From Chara braunii (Eukaryota; Plantae; Charophyceae): a DNA stretch of 60,349 nt. The notes under the pieces are model-generated. The model did not search any database and was not told the origin of the DNA. It worked only from the letters and a program-made list of their open reading frames with translations. Positions 51,328-60,349 of the stretch are shown here, piece by piece (position 1 is the first letter of the stretch; each line of letters begins with the position of its first letter). The stretch is taken from positions 1,012,875-1,073,223 of the forward strand of contig BFEA01000017.1 in NCBI GenBank assembly GCA_003427395.1, in the 5' to 3' direction. Both the position numbers and the translations under genes were made by a program.

Positions 51328-51683
51328 TAAAATTCTTTTGGGAGTCCATCAATCCCCGGAGTTTTTTCGTCCTCCATCATCATTAGGGCAGACCAAATTT
51401 CTTCCTTTGTGAGTGAACTTTCAAGCGTCGTTCTCTGTTGGTCTGTTAAAGTTTTGGTTAGTGGTTCAATAAATTCTTCAATGTCTTTCACTCTTTGTTC
51501 CTTCGGTTTTTGTTTGCATGCAGATGTAAAGAGGGTTATATAAAAGTCTCTTGCTATCTTTGTACACGCCGCGGTAGATGTGACTAGTGAGTATTGGCTA
51601 TCTTGAGGGTCCATGAAGGCTTCAATGATCGTTCTGCCAGTCCTAAGAAAGATTCATTATCAAAGTTGATCAATTAATAAAGA

Positions 51684-51800
51684 TTTTTTTTTTTTTTTTT
51701 TTTTTAGTTAAATGCTCCAATCTATTCGTGGGGAGCGTCACGTGTTGGAAACCGGGCCCAACGTCCCTTATAATGGGAATACATAGATGATTGACAATTG
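51684..51800 (-). mobile_element. Retroposed LINE/SINE 3' end with poly(A)
   Basis: T22 at 51684-51705, then the conserved stem-loop motif at 51721-51768. Confidence 0.65.
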
Positions 51801-52676
51801 ATGAAAATTTGGGATGATTGAGGATCATTTTGGATGATTTAGGATGTCGGAGTGGGTGATTGAGGTCATGAAATAGAGCTAGATGATGACTAATCATAAA
51901 TATTTTATACTCAGCACTGAATTACTACCCCTATCCCTAATTTCATGTATCCATTCCAAACAACCAATCACAATTGAGCCTGTGCTGTGCACCAATCAGG
52001 CCTCTTTCCGGTCTCACACCCCAATCTGGCTCGGTTACAGGGCAGCGCGACCCACCCCGGCTTCGAACCATCGTCAACCAGATTATAGCCATTAGTCAAG
52101 TTTGCAGATTGCCTTCCTCCCTCGGCAATTCCAGACCTCTATACAAAGCCTCAAACTCCTACATAAGCAGGTTACAGGGCACTGCCCCAGCGCCGGCTAG
52201 CGTCGTTCTGGTGCCAACTCTACCTGGCCATTGCACAAGAAGACTCAATTACTAGGAAACAATAAAGATGGTTGGGTTTTACAGGACATTTAAACTCTTT
52301 TTTTTTTCTTTTTTTTTTCTTTTTAAGGAAAAAAAAAAGAGGAATATAAAGGGAACTTTGTGGGAAAACAAAAAGGGACCTTTGACCCGAATCCGCCAGA
52401 TGCATGGGATAACTTGGAATACACGCAAACTTACAAAAAAAAAAAAAAGGGACCTTTGACTGGCATTCGCCGGATGCGTTGGATGCCATCCATGGGTGGT
52501 GTGACACATTTGGAAAGTCGCAAACTTTGCATATCACTGTCTTCCGTCTTCTTCGGAAAAGTAGTTGCTAGCTCTACTACGCCAGCTACGATTTGGAGAA
52601 GAAAAAGAAGACAAAGACAGAGCGACGATCGGAGGCCTCCCACTTGAAAACAATGTGTTGTTCTACGAACTTCTAC

Positions 52677-52738
<62 letters not shown>

Positions 52739-52912
52739 AAAAAAAACAAAAAAAAAAAAAAAACAACAAAAAAAAATGCATTTTTATTCCACACCCATCT
52801 ATAAAGAGGAAGGTATAGTGGGGGGTGGGGGGGAACCAAAAAAACAAAAAAAAAGAGCATCTTGGGCAACTTTCAAGTGGTCACGACTTTGTATAGATAC
52901 TTTTGATTTTAA

Positions 52913-53034
52913 GGGGCTCGCTGCACTACTCTCGAAATGTGCAAAACAAGAGTGAATCTTCCGCTAGAATATGGAAAGATACACCGCCATGATTTTTGTC
53001 TGTTGTGCATGTCCAGAGTAATGCAGCGAGGCCC
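52913..53034. mobile_element. Tourist-like MITE (relatives at ~39075-39200, 46206-46333, 56377-56484)
   Basis: TIR ggggctcgctgcactactct / agagtaatgcagcgaggccc; TAA/TCA flanks; shared internal sequence among copies. Confidence 0.8.
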
Positions 53035-53410
53035 TCAGTTCTAACATGATGATGGGCCTCGCGGAAGTCTTAGAACCCATTAATTTTTTTTTATTTTATT
53101 TTATTTTTTTTGGAAGTGCGAATGTTTCATTACAGATCAAGGACAGGGGCCCGGGAACACACCCCACATAGCAACCCGGTATAAATTTTGCATTTACACC
53201 TAGAACATGGAATGGAAGGACACACCCGACTGGAGTCCCCCGTACCGACTGGAGTCCCCCGACATATTATAAATTTGTCGTTGTCATATGCGGCGAGTGG
53301 TGTGGCAAATCCCGATATCATATTTGTAACACTTAGCATCAAACATCGTTCTCATTATTAAAATTATAAAATATATTTGCTTCAGGCATTGTCAGAAATA
53401 CGAGGACCCG

Positions 53411-53507
53411 GGGCTAGGTCCCACTTGCACGAATTAAGAGATAGAGACCATAGATACCCGAGATCAACAGCCGAAATCTCCTAATCCGTGCAAGTGGAAC
53501 CTTGCCC
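53411..53507. mobile_element. 97-bp Tourist-like MITE
   Basis: gggctaggtcccacttgcacg / cgtgcaagtggaaccttgccc. Confidence 0.8.
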
Positions 53508-53648
53508 ACGGTCACCATGCGCATTGGTGAGTGGCTGTTTTTTTTCGGCAGACCGCCATATTCAGAACCCACTTGACAGTTGTTTTTTTTGGTTTTTTTT
53601 TTTTTTTTTGAAGGAAAATTTAACTTTTCATTCTCAAAAGGACAATAG

Positions 53649-54031
53649 GGGCCTCGCCGCACTACTCCCGACTTGGGCATTTTCGGGAGTGCAGCATCGC
53701 CACACCAGCTCCCGAGTTCAAGCTGTCAGATTGAATTTGGGAGCTGTCAGAATGTGCCTCCCGAGAGCACTCCCGAACTCACCGCCTGCAAAGCTTTTTT
53801 TTCGAGAGACCTCCTTCCTTCCTCCGAGTTTCATCCCAGATGCGGGAGCGGAGCCGGAAGGGACAAACGACTTCTGCCAGACTGCTTCACACTGATCCTG
53901 TCCATATGTGGCCAATGACATTTTCAGAATTTGAGCGCGGCCGGGTCGAGAGTGTAGTATGGCGAAGGGCACTCCCGAGCGGGTTTTCACTTCCGGGAGT
54001 TTCCCAAGTCGGGTGTGGTGTGGCGAGGCCC
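53649..54031. mobile_element. Harbinger-type MITE (383 bp)
   Basis: TIR gggcctcgccgcactactcccgacttggg / cccaagtcgggtgtggtgtggcgaggccc; TAG on both sides. Confidence 0.85.
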
Positions 54032-54603
54032 TAGGAGGCCGGGAATCCTCACATACATCCCTCACTTGACAGTTTAAAAGAGACAGAGAAAGAGAGAGGA
54101 GGAGAGGGGGGGGCAAAAAAATGAGTTGAAAGAGAGAGGGAAGGGNNNNNNNNNNNNNNNNNNNNNNNNNNNNNNNNNNNNNNNNNNNNNNNNNNNNNNN
54201 NNNNNNNNNNNNNNNNNNNNNNNNNNNNNNNNNNNNNNNNNNNNNNNNNNNNNNNNNNNNNNNNNNNNNNNNNNNNNNNNNNNNNNNNNNNNNNNNNNNN
54301 NNNNNNNNNNNNNNNNNNNNNNNNNNNNNNNNNNNNNNNNNNNNNNNNNNNNNNNNNNNNNNNNNNNNNNNNNNNNNNNNNNNNNNNNNNNNNNNNNNNN
54401 NNNNNNNNNNNNNNNNNNNNNNNNNNNNNNNNNNNNNNNNNNNNNNNNNNNNNNNNNNNNNNNNNNNNNNNNNNNNNNNNNNNNNNNNNNNNNNNNNNNN
54501 GTACAAAAGGAAAAAAACGCAAAAGGGCAGGACGAACTTGGATCTTGCTGACGGCTCATTTATGCAACCATCACATGTCCTGGATTCGCAGGGACGACTA
54601 CTA

Positions 54604-54826
54604 CCGTCTTCCCCCGAACATAATGCACGCTAAAAATGAATGTATACAAGCTATATTTCCGGCCAGATACAACCAAACTAAGGGTGCGTTGTGTTTGGGG
54701 GAAGACGGTAGTCTACTACCTTCTTCACCCGAATACAACGGACCGTCATTATTGTTGTATCTAGACTGGAAGTCACCCCAAATACAGCTGCTATATTAAC
54801 CCTACGTTGTACTAATTGGGAGGAAG
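54604..54826. mobile_element. Two adjacent Tc1/mariner-type MITEs (a third at ~56924-57040)
   Basis: TA|ccgtcttcccccgaacataatgcac ... gtgcgttgtgtttgggggaagacgg|TA (54604-54708); a degenerate relative follows at 54719-54826. Confidence 0.75.
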
Positions 54827-55104
54827 TACACCCCAGCAGCCCTTTTACGACCAGCACCACCACCACGGCTGCTATCATGTCTACATGAGAAAAGAATATA
54901 GCTTACGTTTTTTAAGGAAAAAAAGAAAAAGAGATAGTACATAGTACTTAGACAATGGAAATCACACATCAGCATGTCGAGTGCAGGACACACCTGTGTG
55001 AGATACACCAGTTGGCCCACTTCTTCCTAAGGCAGCCTTTTTTTTCCCCCTTATTTTTTCTGTATCACGCCAATTTTACCGGATGTCCCCAATTGCATTG
55101 CGCC

Positions 55105-55489
55105 TTCACTTTCCCAGGGAGTTACTGTAGTAACAAAGAGTAACTGTAGGCATTAGCACTAATAGCAGGAGTAGCAGGAGTAGCAGTAGTTTTAGTCATT
55201 CACTTTCCCAGGGAGTTACTGTAGTAACAAAGAGTAATTGTAGGCATTAGCGGTAATAGCAGGAGTAGCAGGAGTAGCAGGAGTAGCAGGAGTAGCAGTA
55301 GTCTCAGCCATTCACTTTCCCAGGGAGTTACTGTAGTAACAAAGAGTAATTGTAGGCATTAGCAGTAATAGCAGGAGTAGCAGGAGTAGCAGTAGTCTCA
55401 GCTATTCACTTTCCCAGGGAGTTACTGTGGTAACAAAGAGTAATTGTAGGCATTAGCAGTAATAGCAGGAGTAGCAGTAGTCTCAGCCA
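55105..55489. repeat. Minisatellite x4 with nested variable 9-mer
   Basis: Units start at 55105, 55199, 55311, 55405 (94, 112, 94, 85 bp); gcaggagta x2, x4, x2, x1. Confidence 0.95.
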
Positions 55490-55553
55490 TCTTTCTGAGT
55501 AGTAGGCATGTATATCCTCCTCTCACCCTCTCACTAGTCTAGGTATAGTAGGG

Positions 55554-55650
55554 GGGCTAGGTCCCACTTGGACGAATTAAGAGATACTGACCTTAGATAG
55601 CAAAGATCAACGGCTGAAATCTCCTAATTTGCGCAAGTGGGACCTCGCCC
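55554..55650. mobile_element. 97-bp Tourist-like MITE (duplicated at ~55810-55897)
   Basis: gggctaggtcccacttg / caagtgggacctcgccc. Confidence 0.8.
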
Positions 55651-56244
55651 CAGGGGAACACCAACCCACCCTGAGCTCTCCTTAGCCCATGGGGTAGGTT
55701 GGCACCACAGCTGCGGTGCGAGAGCAAGGCTGTACAAGTCCCTCATCACGGTGCAGACGGGTGGGCAGGCATCTCCTTAGCCCACGGGGTAGGTTGGCAC
55801 CATAGCTTGGCCCACTTGCACGAATTAAGAGATACTGACCGTAGATAGCAAAGATCAACGGCCGAAATATCCTAATTTGCGCAAGTGGGACCTTGCATCG
55901 GGGGAACACCAACCCACCCTGATCTCTCCACAGCTCAGGGGGTAGGTTGGCACCACAGCTGCCAAGCGGTGCAAGAGCAAGGCTGTACAAGTCCCTCATC
56001 ACGGTGAAGAGGGGTGGGCAGGCATTGCCTATGGGGGGAAATAGGCGGTGGCGGTGCTAGCCAGTCACTGCACCTCCCCCTACCCACCCCCAATGGCGGT
56101 TCTGGCGAGCAAGGCTGTACAAGTCCCTCATGGGCAGGCATTGCCTATGGGGGGAAATAGGCGGTGGCGGTGCTAGCCAGTCACTGCACCTCCCCCTACC
56201 CACCCCCAATGGCGGTTCTGGCTTGGGCGGCCAACCGGTTATCT

Positions 56245-56365
56245 CTAGATAGATAGATGGTAGAACACCAAGCTTGCCCACTGAGGCACATACCTTAGGC
56301 CACTGGGGATTGAACCCACGACCTCCTGAATGCAACTTCTGTGCCTTACCAACTGAGATAGGCCC
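56245..56365 (-). mobile_element. tRNA-derived SINE
   Basis: GGGCCTATCTCAGTTGGTAAGGCA..GGTCGTGGGTTCAATCCCCAGTGGCC (A and B boxes, defective anticodon arm), short body, (TATC)n tail. Confidence 0.75.
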
Positions 56366-57113
56366 GCAGGCCACTATGGCCCTCGCCACACCACTAGACA
56401 AAAATGTGGCGGTCGCATCTGGCCATGTTCTAGCGGGAAGTTCATTCTCATTTCGCACATTTCGAGAGTCGTGTGGCCATGCCCTATGTCCTAATCTGAC
56501 GTCCTCACGTCTCGTTCGCTCATCTCACAACGCACATTATTTATCTCAGTTGGTAAACCCATGATAAGTTCAACTGTCTTGAAAAAAATAAAAAATAAAA
56601 AAAAATTCAACTGTTGAAATCCAGACCCCAGTTCGAATTCGAATGGAATCAATGGAATCAAGGCCGTTACCCTTTCACACACAAAGTTACAACACCCCCC
56701 CCCCCCAAAAAAAAAAAAAAAAAAAAAACACGAAACTCCGAAGCAGTAAAAAAATACCGGTAGCCCCCGCCCCAANCCCCCGGGCCCCCCCCCCAAAAAA
56801 AAAAAACGAAAAAAAAAACGGTAGCAAGTGCTGCTACCGTTGCTCTTTCCGACTGCCTATTTACAGCAACTTGATGCTAGCCGTGCAACAGTTACCGCAG
56901 TAAATCCGCTTACCTGTAGTACTACCGCCGTCACCCGAATAGAACGCGCCGTCATTATCGCTGCAGATATAGACTGAAAGTTGCCCTGTATACAGCTATG
57001 GTGATGAGCGTAGTACGTTGTATTGGGCTGAAGAAGATAGCCGTATTTCTCCTTTCGCCTGCTGCCACCGCAGCAACAGTTACTGCTGCAACTACTACTA
57101 CTACTACTACTTA

Positions 57114-57210
57114 GGGCCAGATCCCACTAGCCCCTATTGTTCATTTCTGACCGTTGATCTTCGTAACCGAGGGTGAAAAATGAATAAGCCAGGGTAGTGG
57201 GATCTGACGC
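57114..57210. mobile_element. 97-bp Tourist-like MITE with TTA TSD
   Basis: TTA|gggccagatcccactag ... tagtgggatctgacgc|TTA. Confidence 0.85.
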
Positions 57211-58953
57211 TTACTGCTGCCACAGTAGCAACAGTTACTGCTGCAGTAACAACAGTTGCTGCTGCAAGTACTACTACTACTACTACCTACTGCTGCCACA
57301 GTAGCAACAGTTGCTGTTGCAGTAACAACAGTTACTGCTGCAACTACTACTACTTACGAGGGCAACTGTTACTGCTATTACTGTTATTGATGCTACCACT
57401 GTTTTTTTTTTATTCTTTTTCTTTTGTTCAATTTTTTTCACCTTTCACTAACTACCTACCTACTACTACTCCTAAGCCCAGACAGGGGACCCCTGCAAGC
57501 ATAGCTACCACTCTCAGTCAAGGGGTGTATGTTCCCCCTTGCCCTTGCCCTTGCCCTTGCCCTTTCCCTCACCGCGGTGGTCAGTCAGTAGGGTGGGCCC
57601 CCCCCAAGTTGTGGGGGGTGGCGGCTAACCCAGATACTAAGCATAGTCCGAGCAGCTGTGCCTCCCACCTACTTCCCCCACCCCCATTTGATTAGCACAC
57701 TGTCATCTGCACTTTTCAGAAAAAAAAGAAAAGAAAAAAAGACAGCGCGTACTCCAGAGCAGCTGTTATGACTTCATCCACAGAGTAGAACTTTTGGAAA
57801 AAAAAAAAAAAAAAAAAAAAAAAGAGCACACCTTTGCTAGTAGGAGAANNNNNNNNNNNNNNNNNNNNNNNNNNNNNNNNNNNNNNNNNNNNNNNNNNNN
57901 NNNNNNNNNNNNNNNNNNNNNNNNNNNNNNNNNNNNNNNNNNNNNNNNNNNNNNNNNNNNNNNNNNNNNNNNNNNNNNNNNNNNNNNNNNNNNNNNNNNN
58001 NNNNNNNNNNNNNNNNNNNNNNNNNNNNNNNNNNNNNNNNNNNNNNNNNNNNNNNNNNNNNNNNNNNNNNNNNNNNNNNNNNNNNNNNNNNNNNNNNNNN
58101 NNNNNNNNNNNNNNNNNNNNNNNNNNNNNNNNNNNNNNNNNNNNNNNNNNNNNNNNNNNNNNNNNNNNNNNNNNNNNNNNNNNNNNNNNNNNNNNNNNNN
58201 NNNNNNNNNNNNNNNNNNNNNNNNNNNNNNNNNNNNNNNNNNNNNNNNNNNNNNNNNNNNNNNNNNNNNNNNNNNNNNNNNNNNNNNNNNNNNNNNNNNN
58301 NNNNNNNNNNNNNNNNNNNNNNNNNNNNNNNNNNNNNNNNNNNNNNNNNNNNNNNNNNNNNNNNNNNNNNNNNNNNNNNNNNNNNNNNNNNNNNNNNNNN
58401 NNNNNNNNNNNNNNNNNNNNNNNNNNNNNNNNNNNNNNNNNNNNNNNNNNNNNNNNNNNNNNNNNNNNNNNNNNAAAAAAAAAAAAAAAAAAAAAAGAAG
58501 GCAAGAGACTCGAAGAGAGAGAGGTTCTTTTTTTTCTTTTCTTTTTTTTTTTTTATGTTTTTTCACCTCGCAACTACGACTATGTTTTTTTTCCCCCCCT
58601 CCCTCCATCGACTGTGTTTCCAGCCACTAACTACACTGCCTGGAGTCGGTATGCTACTATTAACTCGGATGTTTGTTACATTACGTGATGGTCACGGTGG
58701 GGGTCAAATACCCCAAATGAGATGAACCTTCCCAGGCCTCCAAAAAGTGTGTGCAGCCATAGGTTGGGTGTAGAGGTCGTCGGCAAAAATCCTCCGGAAC
58801 TACACTAGCTGCAATCATCGTAACGGTTGTTCCCCCCCCTGGGTAAACAGGAGTGAGCTTTTTTTTTTAACTCTTTACTTTCTTCTCCAGTGACTGCTCA
58901 ACCATTCTTCGACCACATTCTCTCTCTCTCTCCCTCTCTCTCTCTCTCTCCCN

Positions 58954-58988
<35 letters not shown>

Positions 58989-59105
58989 TGACACACAGAC
59001 GCATACACACAGTCTGGCATAGTCATGCTTTTGTTTGTGGAGTCGTGTATAGTGAACATGACAACGTAGTGTCACACACAGACTCTCTCTCTCTCTCTCT
59101 CTCTC

Positions 59106-59182
<77 letters not shown>

Positions 59183-60000
59183 TGACATTGTGCAGATTAG
59201 GCCCCTGGCATGCCGTGGTTGGAGACTTTGCAGGGCAGGCTTTTCTCTCCGCCTCCTGCTAGTAGTCGTAGTGCGACAGCGACGTGGATCTGTATCCTCT
59301 CCAATGTCCTCCTTTCCGTCTTTGTTTTTAAATTGTGATCTTCATCCTCCCCTCTTTCCTCGTTCTTTCTTCTTTTCTTTTTCCTTTTTCCTTCCTTTCT
59401 TTCTTTCTTTCTTTCTTTCTTTTTCGCTTTCTCTGCGATTGCTTGCGTATTTGGTTGCCTGTTGGTTTGCGGGTAGTTCAGAGAATAGGGTTGGTCTGGA
59501 CAGGGCTTCCATCTGTTTTCGTTTTTTGTGATTGTATGGTTTTAGTTTTCGTTCTTTTTTTGTTTTTTTTTTGTGGTTTCTTCTTTTAAATGGATTTCGC
59601 CTCCCCCCCCCCCCTATTCGTTTGCGTGCGCAGTGCTCACATTCATCCCTCCACCTCCACCGTTTTTTTTTCTTTTTTGAAGTTTCTTTCTTTTTTCTTT
59701 TCTTTTCTTTTTTTTTTTCTTTTTTTTATCCTTCCACCTTCTCCACCATCAAGTTGAGACGACGGGTTTGCTGGGAGCCTGCTGCGCACGTTGCGACCCC
59801 GACTGCGGACGTGGAATTTGTTCCATGTTCATTCACAACTCCTTCGTTTGTACTATGTATGATCTCAACTGCGTGGCGTCGGAGGGATCGACGATCCCGA
59901 ATCCAGATGATCAGCGCTTTGAAAGGACCATACTTGTGTGATGATGTTCTCGTTAAGCACTTTGCCGCTCTCTTGGCTTGAGTTGGTGCTGTTTCCACAG

Positions 60001-60185
60001 GAAAGGACTATGCTGAGGATGCTGACATGCCATCACTTCCCCCCCCCGTCCTCCTCCTCCCCTCCAAACCCTCCTACTCCCTCCACTGGTGAGGTCCAGT
60101 GGCGCATGCAGGAGAGCTGTGCCCAAAAGAAATTGCAGTTAAGAGTCACTGTCAGCGAGTGCCAGTACAAGTTTTGGGCCGAGCG
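60001..60185 (+). other. Possible host exon
   Basis: tttccacag| acceptor, |gtaatt donor, one frame open throughout; no recognisable domain. Confidence 0.25.
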
Positions 60186-60242
60186 GTAATTTTCAGGATG
60201 ATGTTGGTTGTTTCGCTTTCATTTGTAGTGCTTTTTGTCTGT

Positions 60243-60332
<90 letters not shown>

Positions 60333-60349
60333 TGTTTGTGTTTGTGTGT

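Larger units (their letters stand above)
47304..51614 (-). pseudogene. LINE ORF2 (RT, zf-RVT), disrupted
   Basis: KTPGIDGLPKEF; YKKGDK..NYRPITL; VRQGDPI; SLFADDL; PKAKGGL; WCKLC..ETIEHIFIQC. Confidence 0.93.
46521..51645 (-). mobile_element. 5'-truncated L1/Tx1-type LINE with poly(A) tail
   Basis: T16 at 46521-46536, long 3' UTR, ORF2 remnants; two nested insertions. Confidence 0.9.

Noticed and set aside
54800-55020. Two possible minus-strand exons with a short intron
   Set aside because: Weak donor, overlap with a MITE, no recognisable protein
55105-55489. CRISPR-like array
   Set aside because: No unique spacers, no cas genes, eukaryotic context
56297-56365. Functional tRNA gene
   Set aside because: Anticodon arm and acceptor stem are defective; followed by a SINE-like tail

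Overview
Eukaryotic, transposon-saturated window with six assembly gaps (1468-1711, 10096-10411, 20325-20749, 35675-35833, 54146-54500, 57849-58474) and many microsatellites. The element mix resembles a large streptophyte-alga genome such as Chara; that is an inference, not a result. No intact host gene could be supported. Contents, left to right: a Ty3/gypsy-type gag remnant with PBS and a 1.37-kb LTR; a second LTR+PBS fragment; an almost full-length L1/Tx1-type LINE split by a 6.9-kb hAT transposon; a 3.4-kb PIF/Harbinger-type element carrying only a trihelix/Myb-SANT gene; many MITEs (hAT-, Harbinger-, Tc1/mariner- and TTAA-type); a head-to-tail array of an RT-less GIY-YIG (Penelope-like) element with an extra upstream ORF; a probable solo LTR; a pentamer-satellite block ending in a Helitron-like terminus; a second 5'-truncated LINE with two nested TIR elements; a nested minisatellite; and a tRNA-derived SINE. 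Most interesting: (1) a ~45-nt stem-loop with strand-specific covariation shared by up to four otherwise dissimilar retroposed 3' ends; (2) the RT-less two-ORF GIY-YIG array with one fixed and one variable junction; (3) the transposase-less Harbinger carrying a trihelix 'transcription factor'. All alignments were made by eye.
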